Source: a candidate division WS6 bacterium GW2011_GWF2_39_15
GTDB taxonomy: Bacteria; Patescibacteriota; Dojkabacteria; SC72
Length of the DNA stretch: 64,000 nucleotides
Assembly (NCBI GenBank): GCA_000993565.1
Contig: LBWK01000001.1
Coordinates: 4,695-68,694 of the forward strand
Reading direction: 5' to 3'
Numbering within the stretch: the first letter of the stretch is position 1; the number at the start of each line of letters is the position of its first letter. A program made the position numbers and the translations under genes. The notes beneath the pieces are model-generated. The model had not been told where the DNA came from. It saw only the letters and a program-made list of their open reading frames with translations, and did not search any database. This document shows, one piece after another, positions 28,936 to 39,440 of this stretch.

Positions 28936-29444
28936 ACTGTTTTCAGACCGGTTGCTTTCTCAAATCGAACCATTGCGTGTGGCATGTCACTATCGGAAGA
29001 AACAGCAAGTTCTGCTACAATATTGTCAATTGAATTCTTGATATGCTTATCAATGCTTACAGGTATTAGTCTACCCTCTGCATCCCTTTGCTTCTTGATA
29101 TTGTTACAATATTGAATGATTTGGACATAAGCATCAATGTCACCTTTAGACTCTAACTCTCCAAGTATTTCCATTAATTCATTGAAATCTTTAGCTTTTG
29201 GCTTAAGGGATTTCTTCTTTTTCAGTATTGAAATCCGCTTGATAATCTCTCTCTCTTTGTGAACCTCTCTTATGCCCAGTTTATCTATGTTCATAATGGG
29301 GGCTGATATTGTTAGAGGGGAGTTAATGAATTGGAATTCGTAATATTCCTTCTGTTCACCACCAAATTCGATTACCTTTTGAGATTTGACCCATCCCGCT
29401 CCATGAGAAGGGTAGAATACTTTTGATTGGAGCTTTAATTCCAT
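28932..29444 (-). CDS. carD: CarD/TRCF-domain transcription factor (divergent)
   Basis: KVFYPSHGAGWV, LGIR, C-terminal AELAV. Confidence 0.75.
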   Translation of the reverse strand: MELKLQSKVFYPSHGAGWVKSQKVIEFGGEQKEYYEFQFINSPLTISAPIMNIDKLGIREVHKEREIIKRISILKKKKSLKPKAKDFNELMEILGELESKGDIDAYVQIIQYCNNIKKQRDAEGRLIPVSIDKHIKNSIDNIVAELAVSSDSDMPHAMVRFEKATGLKTV

Positions 29445-29491
29445 GAAATATGCTTAAAAGCGTATATTAATTTCTTTTTCATTATACCATT

Positions 29492-30058
29492 TTATACGAC
29501 TAGAGTCGAACGAGCGAACTCAGATTCTGCTTCTACATTTTTATTTACTAGCAAGTGACTATAAATCTCTCCACGAGGTTTTATATTTTCCTTTATAGTT
29601 TTCCCATCAAGTAGGCCGTTTCGACCCGTTTCAACTAAGTCCCAGTGATTTCGCTCTAGGTAAATGATACCAAGAGGTTCGTCTATATTGATTGGTAGAG
29701 ATAGAACAAATTTAGTATTGCCCAAACTAACTCCTAATAATTCAAGTTTACCGAGCTCATCAGAATACTGTTCATAAAAAATTGCCAGAGATGCTTCATT
29801 AAGAGTCTTAGTGTCTGAAAGTTTAAGTAGAGCCCTAAAATTGGGGAATAAACCAGGGTTTCCTTTTCTTGAGGCTAGTGAGAAGAGCTTTTTAAGAAGA
29901 TGCACAGCTGTCCTGTCAGCCTGTCCTTGATTCGTGAGAATTTTCCTTTCATCAGCTCCTTCCATCAACTCTCTAAGTGGTTCCCTAATTAAGTTCAAGG
30001 TAGGGATATTTTGCGATAAGATTTCTTTATCTTTATATACTGTGCTTTGCGGAGCCAT
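29492..30058 (-). CDS. Hypothetical protein
   Basis: 188 aa ORF, co-oriented with neighbours. Confidence 0.55.
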   Translation of the reverse strand: MAPQSTVYKDKEILSQNIPTLNLIREPLRELMEGADERKILTNQGQADRTAVHLLKKLFSLASRKGNPGLFPNFRALLKLSDTKTLNEASLAIFYEQYSDELGKLELLGVSLGNTKFVLSLPINIDEPLGIIYLERNHWDLVETGRNGLLDGKTIKENIKPRGEIYSHLLVNKNVEAESEFARSTLVV

Positions 30059-30069
30059 TTCTATTTTCT

Positions 30070-31125
30070 CTATAAGTTATTTACCCATCTGTACCAAAAA
30101 GAAGATCCCTTTTTCTCTTCACCGTTATTATACCTGAAGCCAACAGTTTCAAAAAGCTCATTAGAAGTTGGTGAATCTCCATCTTTCCAATCAGTAATAT
30201 CATTCATGTACAGCCAGTTCACAAACTCTATGTATGTACTGCTCTTTTCAATAAAAGATTTTAGTATTTTCATATACTCCAGCTGTTCATTTTCTGACCA
30301 GCTGTATCCTTGTTCAGTCAGAGTTTTAAGCTTTCCACCAAACTGTTTTCGTGTCGGCCATGCCGTTTCTGTTATAGCAAAGGATTTATCTGTATACAAA
30401 GCTAAATCTGTGAGATACGAAGAGGGGATGTCTTTCGGGTCTTTATAATCAAAGTATGGGAAAACAGTAAAAGCTACAAAGTCAACATGCTTCTCGACTT
30501 CATGGACAAGTTTTAGGTTGAAACTACGCTTGTCTGAGTCTCCCATTAAATAACCATCACCTCTAAGGGCATCATACTGTATTGTTGTAAAAACTTTAAT
30601 ATCCTTATTCTTTCTCTTTACATATTGAGTCATTTCATCAAGAACAGTGTACAACTCTGATATGTCGTGATCTTCAGAGAGTTGAATAATGTTTATCTCA
30701 TTGCCGATTCCTAAGTATTTGATGTTAGAATGGTCTTTTATAATTAGATCAATCTGTTTTTTCAGGTCATCTTTTTTTCCTATCCAGTCAGAAGGATCCT
30801 GATATCCTAATAGGATTTCTTTGGGTTGTTGTGTAGCATTTGAGAGGTTTGAAATAGTATCTTTGTCCTTCCAGTTAACGTGGATCCCATATAGATTTGC
30901 ATATGAGGGGAGAGTTTCCCAGTATTTCTGAATATCTGCAATGGACTGTTTGGGAAAATTTGGAGGTATGTAACCGGATACTCCGAGGTAATATTTTGGT
31001 TCTTCACTTTTGCGACTATCAGAAGGATCACTCGTTCCTTTTAGGATGTAAAAGATGGAAATGATAATGATAGCAGGAAGAGCAATTAAAAGAACAGTTA
31101 GAGCATTCCTGATAAAGATTTTCAT
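30070..31125 (-). CDS. Membrane-anchored clan GH-A glycoside hydrolase (GH53-like)
   Basis: N-terminal TM; IGNEIN acid/base and ITETAWP nucleophile motifs. Confidence 0.7.
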   Translation of the reverse strand: MKIFIRNALTVLLIALPAIIIISIFYILKGTSDPSDSRKSEEPKYYLGVSGYIPPNFPKQSIADIQKYWETLPSYANLYGIHVNWKDKDTISNLSNATQQPKEILLGYQDPSDWIGKKDDLKKQIDLIIKDHSNIKYLGIGNEINIIQLSEDHDISELYTVLDEMTQYVKRKNKDIKVFTTIQYDALRGDGYLMGDSDKRSFNLKLVHEVEKHVDFVAFTVFPYFDYKDPKDIPSSYLTDLALYTDKSFAITETAWPTRKQFGGKLKTLTEQGYSWSENEQLEYMKILKSFIEKSSTYIEFVNWLYMNDITDWKDGDSPTSNELFETVGFRYNNGEEKKGSSFWYRWVNNL

Positions 31126-31170
31126 AGGTAAAGGATACTCGCTAGTAAAGAGTTGTGCAATACTAAAGGC

Positions 31171-32271
31171 CTACTTCGATTCCCACTTGAAAACTTTAGC
31201 TGTCGCTGCATATACAACAATCATCCAGATGAGTAATACACCGAGTTCGGGGAGTACTTCTGAAAATTTAGCCCCTTCAAATGCAATTGCACGTAGTGCA
31301 TTATTCATATGCGTAAGAGGGAGGATGTTAGCTATCGGTTGAAGCCACTGCGGGAACATCTCAATCGGGAAGAAGGTTCCTGAGAGGAGAAATTGGGGGA
31401 GAGTGAAGAGGTTTGCAATAGTCGGTACAGAATTCTGGTCCTTAGCTACTGAGGAAATAAATAATCCGATACCCAAGAATACGAACAATCCGGAAATGGA
31501 GATAACAAGCATTTGAAGGAAGGTAGGAATCCCGTGTATGAGTGTAAAACCAAAGAAGAAGTATCCAACAGCGATAATGACGGCCGCTTGAACTGTTGAA
31601 TATACGAGCCTGCTGATCCCTTCTGCTACTAGAATATTGGATTTAGCGATTGGAGTTGCGAAGAACCGTTTGAGCACAAGTGTGTCACGGAGTGATATAA
31701 GAGCAAAAGCAGTTCCGAAAACCCCTGCACTTAAGAGAGCAAATCCTAGTTGTCCAGGAAGTATGAAGTCAATTTGTTTATACTTTCTCCCGGATATCTC
31801 ATCCTGTAATACCGATACAGGTAATCGGCTTTTGTCTACACTTTCAAGATTTATCGTATTTGCAATTCCTGTAACCACTGAGGTTAATAACCCTCCTTGC
31901 TCTGGAGATGCTTTGCTCGTTGTAAGGTTAAGTATAAATTGAGAAGCTTTTGTCTTTATATCTAGAATCCCAGCCAAATTGCCCTTCTTAAGATCTTCCT
32001 GAGCTTCTTTATATGAGTCGTATTCTTTCAGCTCAAAACTGTCTATTTTTTCAATAACTTTATAAACTGGGGAACTTTTATCACTATCTCTTGTGATGTA
32101 TATCTCGAGTTTTCCACCGTTTCCGCCGATAAGTCCGAATATAACAATAAATATAAGGGGAAATATTAATCCGAAAACAATGGATTCAGGGGTTTTAAGC
32201 ATGGATGTAAGACTAGCTTTGGTAAGAGCTTTAATTGCTTTTAGTTGTCTTTTCATACTGTAGCTACTCAT
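31171..32271 (-). CDS. ABC-2 type permease
   Basis: DFILPG, LKRFFATP, LSGTFFPI, LPLTH. Confidence 0.92.
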   Translation of the reverse strand: MSSYSMKRQLKAIKALTKASLTSMLKTPESIVFGLIFPLIFIVIFGLIGGNGGKLEIYITRDSDKSSPVYKVIEKIDSFELKEYDSYKEAQEDLKKGNLAGILDIKTKASQFILNLTTSKASPEQGGLLTSVVTGIANTINLESVDKSRLPVSVLQDEISGRKYKQIDFILPGQLGFALLSAGVFGTAFALISLRDTLVLKRFFATPIAKSNILVAEGISRLVYSTVQAAVIIAVGYFFFGFTLIHGIPTFLQMLVISISGLFVFLGIGLFISSVAKDQNSVPTIANLFTLPQFLLSGTFFPIEMFPQWLQPIANILPLTHMNNALRAIAFEGAKFSEVLPELGVLLIWMIVVYAATAKVFKWESK

Positions 32272-33028
32272 CTCTAAGTTCTTTTCCTGTTAAGTTAATA
32301 AAGACATCTTCCAAGTTTGCTTCTTTGGTTCTTTTGTGGCCTTTAAATCCAGTTTTCAGAAGCTTTTCGACTAGATTATCGGGAGAATCCAATGCTATGA
32401 TCTTTCCTTCATCCATAATTCCAACCCTATTGCATAGGAACTCTGCTTCTTCCATATAGTGTGTTGTCATGACGATTGTTGTTTCATTTTGGTTGATTTC
32501 TCGGATCAAATCCCACAAGTTTCTTCTTGCCTGCGGATCAAGTCCGGTAGTCGGTTCGTCTAAGAAGATAATTTTGGGCTTGTTAATAAGAGTTGTTGCT
32601 ATTGAAAATCGTTGTTTCTGACCTCCGGATAGCTTTGTAAAAATGGCGTTAGCTTTATCTCCTAGTCCTACCTTTTTGAGTATTGAGAGAGCTTCGATCT
32701 TCACATCATAAAGATCGGCAAATAAGTTCATGATTTGCAGCAGGGTGAGATTAGGGTAAAAGCCGGCTTCTTGCAGCTGGACTCCGATCATCTCTTTTAT
32801 TGCCGAAGGTTCTTTGTTAATGCTTTTTCCTGCTACTATCACATCTCCTTCGGTTTCATCCCTTAAAGTTTCTATTATTTCCAGTGTGGTTGTCTTTCCT
32901 GCTCCGTTTGGACCTAGAAGGCCAAATATCTCTCCCTCGTATACGTCAAAGGAAACCCCTTTTACAGCTTTGAAGCCTTTGTAATCCTTAACTATATTTT
33001 TTACCTCTATTATCTTTTTTCTACCCAT
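32264..33028 (-). CDS. ABC transporter ATP-binding protein
   Basis: GPNGAGKTT, LSGGQ, LDEPT, TTHY. Confidence 0.95.
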   Translation of the reverse strand: MGRKKIIEVKNIVKDYKGFKAVKGVSFDVYEGEIFGLLGPNGAGKTTTLEIIETLRDETEGDVIVAGKSINKEPSAIKEMIGVQLQEAGFYPNLTLLQIMNLFADLYDVKIEALSILKKVGLGDKANAIFTKLSGGQKQRFSIATTLINKPKIIFLDEPTTGLDPQARRNLWDLIREINQNETTIVMTTHYMEEAEFLCNRVGIMDEGKIIALDSPDNLVEKLLKTGFKGHKRTKEANLEDVFINLTGKELRDE

Positions 33029-33165
33029 ATTCTTTAGTGCGTAATCTTCATAGATTACAAAGGATAAAAAAACAAGTCAACCCTTTATAGCCTGTAACAA
33101 TAATACCTCTTGACTTATGCCTATGGGAGTATATACAGTATACTATATATATAATTAATCGGTAT

Positions 33166-33558
33166 ATGAGAGATAGCATAGTCTTTTTGATGAATGAAAG
33201 TGTCCCTGCAGGCTTTACCAGTATTGTTAGTGAAGCTGTCGGAACTCCTATGGACCTTAATGATTTATGTATTAAGCATCCTGCGGCAACGTTTTTCGTT
33301 CGGGTTGATGGATATTCAATGATTAATGCCGGTATTCATGACGGGGACATGCTTGTAGTTGATAGATCTTTGGAGCCATCAAATAATAGTATTGTTATTG
33401 CTTTATACAACGGGGGTTTTACAGTTAAGCGCCTTCTTAAAAACAGGGGGAACATCTCACTTTTCCCTGAAAATCCTAAGTATTCACCTGTTACTATTAA
33501 ACAGAGTGATGATTTTGAAGTATGGGGTGTTGTAACTTTTGTCATAAAGAAAGTATGA
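33166..33558 (+). CDS. umuD: DNA polymerase V subunit UmuD (S24)
   Basis: PAGF cleavage site, LDLN-like DLN, HPAATFF, GYSM, FTVKR. Confidence 0.92.
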   Translation: MRDSIVFLMNESVPAGFTSIVSEAVGTPMDLNDLCIKHPAATFFVRVDGYSMINAGIHDGDMLVVDRSLEPSNNSIVIALYNGGFTVKRLLKNRGNISLFPENPKYSPVTIKQSDDFEVWGVVTFVIKKV

Positions 33559-34811
33559 GTAAAGTATATGGATTGGTAGACTGTAACAACTTTTTTGTGT
33601 CGTGCGAACGGGTCTTTGATCCTAAGCTTAGGAATATTCCCACGGTTGTTCTTTCAAATAATGACGGATGTATCGTGGCCAGATCTCAGGAGGCAAAAGC
33701 TTTGGGTGTTAAAATGGGAGAACCTTTGTTTAAAGCCAAAGATTTCTTAAATAAGCATAATGCCGAAGTTCGATCCTCAAACTATTCCCTTTATGCCGAT
33801 ATGTCTCGCAGAGTAATGAGCGTTTTGGAAGAGATGGTGCCTGAAATAGAGATATATTCCATAGATGAAGCCTTTCTGGATTTAACGTCTTTAAGATACC
33901 GTGATCTTACAATGTATGCCAAACAGATTAAAGATAGTGTTTATCGGTGTACAGGAATTCCTGTCTCTATCGGAGTTGCAAAAACAAAAACATTAGCAAA
34001 AATTGGTAATCATATTGCGAAAAAGAACCTTACTCTCAATGGCGTAATGGATATGAATATTATGAGTGTAAAACAAATTGATGGAATTCTCAAAAATATT
34101 CCGGTAGAGGATGTTTGGGGGATAGGTTTTCGATCGTATAATAAGTTGAGAAGTATGGGGGTTGAAAGTGCGTATAATTTCAAAACACTCAATGAATCGT
34201 GGATTCGATCTCAAATGGGTATTAACGGTTGGAAAGTGCAGCAGGAGCTTGGAAACTTAGATTGCAACTTCCATCATAATGATATTCGTAAGAGCCTGGT
34301 AGTATCAAGGAGCTTTTCGGGATATATAGAGCATTTTAATGAGCTTTCGGGAGTTTTGGCTCGATTTTCTCATAGTGCAGGAGAAAGTTTAAGGGAAGAA
34401 GGTGTAGAAGCCAAATATCTGTCTGTATATATAAGGACAAACTACTATAACCAAAATCATAAACAGTATATGAATAGTATAACGGTTGAACTAGAGGAAC
34501 ATACTAACTCATCTTCTGTCATTTTGGCCGGGGTACTGCAGGGTCTAAAGAAGATCTATAAGGATGGGTTTAAATATCGTAAAGCGGGAATTTCCATTTT
34601 TGATATTAAACCGGAAGGTTACCAGCTGGGCATGTTTACCAATGCCAGAAAACTGGATCCAGTTTTTGAGGTTGTAGATTCAGTTAACCGTAAATGGAAA
34701 GGGTCTATAAAACTTGGAAGAGAGCTTTTCTCGCAAAATAAGATAAGTGCAAAAGAACTGGTCTCTCCAAACTATACCTCTAGCTGGACGGAGCTGCTTT
34801 CTGTACATTAA
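33555..34811 (+). CDS. umuC: Y-family DNA polymerase UmuC
   Basis: [31 protein letters not shown]; ATGA overlap with umuD sets the start. Confidence 0.95.
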   Translation: MSKVYGLVDCNNFFVSCERVFDPKLRNIPTVVLSNNDGCIVARSQEAKALGVKMGEPLFKAKDFLNKHNAEVRSSNYSLYADMSRRVMSVLEEMVPEIEIYSIDEAFLDLTSLRYRDLTMYAKQIKDSVYRCTGIPVSIGVAKTKTLAKIGNHIAKKNLTLNGVMDMNIMSVKQIDGILKNIPVEDVWGIGFRSYNKLRSMGVESAYNFKTLNESWIRSQMGINGWKVQQELGNLDCNFHHNDIRKSLVVSRSFSGYIEHFNELSGVLARFSHSAGESLREEGVEAKYLSVYIRTNYYNQNHKQYMNSITVELEEHTNSSSVILAGVLQGLKKIYKDGFKYRKAGISIFDIKPEGYQLGMFTNARKLDPVFEVVDSVNRKWKGSIKLGRELFSQNKISAKELVSPNYTSSWTELLSVH

Positions 34812-35844
34812 CAACCTTCTCTGTGTGTGCATATCTGAAAAGAAGAAGCCCGAGGAGTGCTGGAATCCAAAGTACTGCAAGCCGATATATAAGAATTGCC
34901 AAAATGGCTCCTGAACCCGGAATCTGGACAGAAACAGCTGCTGTTTGGGCTAACCCTTCTACAATTCCCAATCCTTGAGGGGTAGGAGATACTACAGTGA
35001 AGAGTGTGATTACACCATAAAGGGTCATGATTTTGGAAATAGGAATCAGGATATCAAAGGCGTAGAAAGAGAGAAAGAGGATTAGTACATTAATTCCATG
35101 GTACGCAAGTGAAATTGGTAATGATTGGAGAAACTTGTATATTGATTTGTCGAAACGGCTGGATAGGGTTCTTGCCTCATTAGTATAATCCTCAATAGTA
35201 CGGTCAGAAAGAAGCTCTCGTCCGATAACAGGCTTTACAATCCTATTTATTATCCTTGCGACTGTATGGGCGACATTCCCGCTGAACTTAGGAAGAATTA
35301 TAAAGAAGGCTAGGGCAAGAATAATCCCAAGTATTATTGCAAATATTACGAAAGCTGCGTACCACTGATATAATTCCAGCCTGTTTGATAAATTTAAGCT
35401 GTAAAGGGTAAATATCAAAATGGAAAGGTATGCTAGGTTTGTTGAGAGGTTTGTGACCAATAACCCGAAAACCGCTTTAATATGCGAGAGTCCTCTCTCA
35501 ACTGCATACTTTACTAAATATGCTGATCCTCCCGTTACTCCGAGAGGGTTGCTGATACTTAAAAAGTGATAAACAATTGTTTTAGTTAAAAGTTTTGGAT
35601 ACTTTGTTTCTTCTGATATTGTTTGAAAACTTTTTTGAAAAATGAAGCTATAAATAACAAAGTTACCTAGACCTAAAAGTATCGTATTTAAAAGCAAAAA
35701 GGGTTTAACCCTCTGTATAGTACTGGCCAGTGTTTGAAAATCTTCTAGATTCTGGTAGATTACCCATAGGAAGAAGATAATTATTATTCCATACATCAAA
35801 CTTTTAATAAGTTTTTTGGCTCTTTTATTCCTTTTGGTGCCCAT
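34780..35844 (-). CDS. Lysylphosphatidylglycerol synthase TM / UPF0104 flippase-like protein
   Basis: Multi-TM; [11 protein letters not shown] and LIYRL. Confidence 0.85.
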   Translation of the reverse strand: MGTKRNKRAKKLIKSLMYGIIIIFFLWVIYQNLEDFQTLASTIQRVKPFLLLNTILLGLGNFVIYSFIFQKSFQTISEETKYPKLLTKTIVYHFLSISNPLGVTGGSAYLVKYAVERGLSHIKAVFGLLVTNLSTNLAYLSILIFTLYSLNLSNRLELYQWYAAFVIFAIILGIILALAFFIILPKFSGNVAHTVARIINRIVKPVIGRELLSDRTIEDYTNEARTLSSRFDKSIYKFLQSLPISLAYHGINVLILFLSFYAFDILIPISKIMTLYGVITLFTVVSPTPQGLGIVEGLAQTAAVSVQIPGSGAILAILIYRLAVLWIPALLGLLLFRYAHTEKVVNVQKAAPSS

Positions 35845-35929
35845 CCTTTTGAGTATACGTAACTAGTTAAGATAGTTCAATCTAATATATACCTTATAAA
35901 CTAACTTTGGAAACTCAAGCATCTAAATC

Positions 35930-36955
35930 ATGAAAGTAACTGCAATAGGCGGAGGAACAGGAACTACAGTCGTTTTGAAAGGTCTAAAAGACTATCCCGA
36001 TGTCAGTTTGAGTGTGATAGTTTCAATGACGGACGATGGGGGGAGCAATGCTATTGTAAGGGACGAGTTTGGTCTTCTCCCTCTTAGTGATCTACGGAAA
36101 TCTATAATAGCTCTTTCCAAGAGAAATGGCGGCGATATTTTGAGGGAATTGTTTATGTACAGATTTTCTAAGGGAAAGGGATTAAGCGGTCATACATTAG
36201 GTAATTTGATAATGATTGCTCTGTCGGATATCACGGGTTCAGAAGTAAATGCGGTGAAGGCAAGCAGTGAGCTCTTTGGATTAAGGGGAACAATTATTCC
36301 TGTCACCCTTGATAAGGTAAGGCTGGTTGCAGACTATAGTAACGGAGCAAGAGTTGTTGGGGAGCATTTCATAGATGAAAGCAGTAATAAGAGCCGTCTG
36401 ACCAAGTTGAGTGTTGACGGTAAGGCACAAGCTAATCCTGAGGCTGTAAAAGCAATCTTGGAGTCCGATTATATCGTTGTTGGCCCGGGTGATCTGTATA
36501 CAAGTATTATCGCGAATATTGTGATACCGGGTGTTTCTGAGGCCTTGGAGAAGACCTCCGCAAAAATAGTATACGTTTCCAATCTAATGACTAAGATAGG
36601 AGAAACCAGAGGGTTTGGCCAAACAGATATGATTCAGGAAATTAATAGATATATTGGAAGAGATGTTGATTATGTGATGATAAATAGCGGGAAAATTCCT
36701 CATAAGATATTAAAGATATATAAAGAAGATGGCGAGGATGAGATTAAGGATGATATTAAAGATAAGGCTTTCGACAAAACGAGAGTTTTAAAACTAGATC
36801 TTCTTTCATGTGATCCGGTTCACAAGCAAAAAGGGGATCAGCTCAAAAGAAGTCTGATCCGTCACAGCTCTGAAAAATTGGGTAGAGAGCTCTACTTCCT
36901 ATTTCGTAGAAAAACAATCTCTTTTTTAAGCTGGATAGTGAGAGATATCAATTAA
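35930..36955 (+). CDS. YvcK/GlmR (UPF0052, CofD-like) protein
   Basis: IGGGTG, DDGGS, GHTLGNL, GPGDLYTS, NLMT. Confidence 0.92.
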   Translation: MKVTAIGGGTGTTVVLKGLKDYPDVSLSVIVSMTDDGGSNAIVRDEFGLLPLSDLRKSIIALSKRNGGDILRELFMYRFSKGKGLSGHTLGNLIMIALSDITGSEVNAVKASSELFGLRGTIIPVTLDKVRLVADYSNGARVVGEHFIDESSNKSRLTKLSVDGKAQANPEAVKAILESDYIVVGPGDLYTSIIANIVIPGVSEALEKTSAKIVYVSNLMTKIGETRGFGQTDMIQEINRYIGRDVDYVMINSGKIPHKILKIYKEDGEDEIKDDIKDKAFDKTRVLKLDLLSCDPVHKQKGDQLKRSLIRHSSEKLGRELYFLFRRKTISFLSWIVRDIN

Positions 36956-37661
36956 AGGCTTTAACTACAAATAGATTGTTGAGATCCGGCTTTCTGAAGC
37001 TCTTCCCTTCGGAGATATATTCGATGTTGCGATAGTATTTCTGTATTTGTGAGAGGGTCTTTGTAAATTCTTTTTTGTTAACAGGGTGGTATTCAACTAT
37101 GAGGTTTTTGATATCTTTTAACTGCTCTTGTATGTGTTTAATTATCTTTACTTCGTATCCTTCAATATCGAGTTTTAGTAAGTCGATAAACTTATGAGTT
37201 TTTAAGAGATTGTTGACAACTTCCTTTATATCTACCGTTTCGATCTCAACAGTTACATCCTTTTCAGCTCCCTTCCATGTTCCCCGGCTATAGCTGGAAT
37301 TGGAGAACCAGTAGTCATTAAGGTCTATAAAAAGGCTTTTACATCCCGCCTTAGTATCTACAGCCTTTCTATAGACCTTAACATTACTCAGATTATTTAT
37401 ACTTATGTTTTCCTCAAGAAATTTAAAAGCCTCCGGGTTTGGTTCAAAAGCGTGAATTTGAGCATTTGAAAACAGGGTTTTGAAATAAAGAACAGAAAGT
37501 CCTATGTGTGCACCGCAGTCGATGATTACAGGTTCTGCGGTTGAGGTCTCAAAGTCGTATGCATCAGAGTTAAAGATCTCATTCTTAATGATGTGATACT
37601 CCTCAGAATTAGGAAAGCGTATCTCATAGTTCCTTAATTTTGTTTTATATGTAGGCACCAC
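36948..37661 (-). CDS. FkbM family methyltransferase
   Basis: IDCGAHIG, AFEPNP, LKLDIEGYE. Confidence 0.92.
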   Translation of the reverse strand: MVPTYKTKLRNYEIRFPNSEEYHIIKNEIFNSDAYDFETSTAEPVIIDCGAHIGLSVLYFKTLFSNAQIHAFEPNPEAFKFLEENISINNLSNVKVYRKAVDTKAGCKSLFIDLNDYWFSNSSYSRGTWKGAEKDVTVEIETVDIKEVVNNLLKTHKFIDLLKLDIEGYEVKIIKHIQEQLKDIKNLIVEYHPVNKKEFTKTLSQIQKYYRNIEYISEGKSFRKPDLNNLFVVKAFN

Positions 37662-37718
37662 TTGTCATTATGAGTAATAAAAGATATCTTTTGAGAGTAT
37701 AAGTCAAATTCAGGAAGT

Positions 37719-39440
37719 ATGACAGTAGTTATTAATGTAAAGGACGATTTTAGAAGAGTTAAATCGAAACGTCAGTGGAGACCTCTTAAAGCACCCTTGC
37801 TCCTTCCTCTGTTTTTGTTTGCCTTTTTTGGTGCTGCTATCGTACATATTATAGTTGATCAATATCCAAGGGTCGATCTTTGGAGAGTGTTTGATCCTTT
37901 TCCCAAGAATATAGTTAGAGAGTATAGAACCTATGATGCTAGGTTTGATTCCTCTGTCGATTCAGAACTTGCGGGAAAAATAAAAACGGATATGAAAGCA
38001 ATGAAGCTTGAAGAGATTCCAAGGTTTTCATTTACCGGTGATGCTGAAACACGAATTGCAGTGACGGGTAAAAGTGATGAATCCTTTCTATTTTCATCCT
38101 ATTTAGTACCTGTAGGGCACCACTATTGGGTGAAGAATGAGCTGAAGAGTTCTGAGCTTCTGAGTAAGGAGATTTTGGTAAGTATGGGTGATGCTGAGTT
38201 TGTGAAAACAATTCTTAATGAGAAATTTGGTGAAAAACAGTGGATAATAAAAGAGAGTGAGGATTTGGTAAGTGCACTTGAAACCGCAAATGAGAAAAAA
38301 AACTTAGGTCTGGTCAAAGTTGAACACCTAAGTTATGAAATGCAGGTATTAAAGCTAGATGGTGCTTATTTCCTGGATAACCCTGTTAAGGGAGGAATCA
38401 ACTATGGAATTGCTATAGTAGGGGAGGTTCCTGAGCATATTACGAAAGCCGTATATAATAATACCGCTGATGTTAGAGTCGGGGAGTTTGGTACTGCTAA
38501 GGTGGCGAAAATAAATATGACTGGGGTTACAGCTATTTCCCGATCTTTAGCTCCTAAGATAACTGCCAGCGGGGATGCAGGATATCCGGCTCAAAAGATC
38601 AAAGAGTTTCTGAAAGACGCTGATCTTACTCACACATCTAATGAAGTATCTTTTGTGGATGGCTGTATTCCCGGTGGCGGGATGAGATTTTGTGCGAAAC
38701 CTGAGTATATAAAAGCACTCCAGGATATAGGGTTGGATATTGTTGAACTAACGGGTAATCACAACAACGATTACGGTGCTTTGGCAAATAAGAGCAGTAT
38801 AGAGAGATATACTAAGCTAGGTATTGATCATTTTGGAGGAGGTCTAGATAGTGAGGATGCTTCTAAAATTTTGGTAAAAGATGTAAAGGGAAGTAAAATA
38901 GCTTTTTTGGGCTATAACTATTACGATACAATTCTCGGTACAGGAGCTTTAGCCGGTGTAGAGAGAGCAGGGGCAAACTCATATTCAGTAAAAAAAATGG
39001 AAAGTGATATTAAAGAGGCCAAGACCCAAGCTGATGTTGTAATTGTGGACTTCCAATTTCAAGAGTGTTACTCATACCCTCCCAGTGATGTAATATATCC
39101 AATCTGTTATAAACCTCTGTCCTCTCCCGACCAAAAGGCAGTATTTAGAAAAGCAATTGATTTAGGTGCTGATATTGTTATAGGGACTCAGGCACACCAG
39201 CCTCAGACATTTGAAATCTACAACGGTAAGCTGATTTATTATGGACTAGGGAATCTATTTTTTGATCAGATTCCATGGATTGGCACCCGGCAGGGGTTAG
39301 TCCTCACACACTATATTTATAATGGTAAGCTCATACAGACAAGGATTACGACAACACTATATGATAGTGATATGAGAACGTATGTCACAACAGGAAGTGA
39401 ACGGGAACTTCTCCTGAACCTCCTTAAGGCTGCGAGATAG
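37719..39440 (+). CDS. CapA (PGA_cap) family metallophosphatase with N-terminal extension
   Basis: TM anchor; GNHNNDYG, GADIVIGTQAH, YYGLGNLFFDQ. Confidence 0.88.
   Translation: MTVVINVKDDFRRVKSKRQWRPLKAPLLLPLFLFAFFGAAIVHIIVDQYPRVDLWRVFDPFPKNIVREYRTYDARFDSSVDSELAGKIKTDMKAMKLEEIPRFSFTGDAETRIAVTGKSDESFLFSSYLVPVGHHYWVKNELKSSELLSKEILVSMGDAEFVKTILNEKFGEKQWIIKESEDLVSALETANEKKNLGLVKVEHLSYEMQVLKLDGAYFLDNPVKGGINYGIAIVGEVPEHITKAVYNNTADVRVGEFGTAKVAKINMTGVTAISRSLAPKITASGDAGYPAQKIKEFLKDADLTHTSNEVSFVDGCIPGGGMRFCAKPEYIKALQDIGLDIVELTGNHNNDYGALANKSSIERYTKLGIDHFGGGLDSEDASKILVKDVKGSKIAFLGYNYYDTILGTGALAGVERAGANSYSVKKMESDIKEAKTQADVVIVDFQFQECYSYPPSDVIYPICYKPLSSPDQKAVFRKAIDLGADIVIGTQAHQPQTFEIYNGKLIYYGLGNLFFDQIPWIGTRQGLVLTHYIYNGKLIQTRITTTLYDSDMRTYVTTGSERELLLNLLKAAR

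Noticed and set aside
33121-33140. E. coli-type LexA box before umuD
   Set aside because: Only the right half (TATATACAGTA) fits; the left half reads ATG rather than CTG
33522-33554. Longer umuC start from the ORF track
   Set aside because: The ATG at 33555 overlapping the umuD stop fits the family N-terminus better
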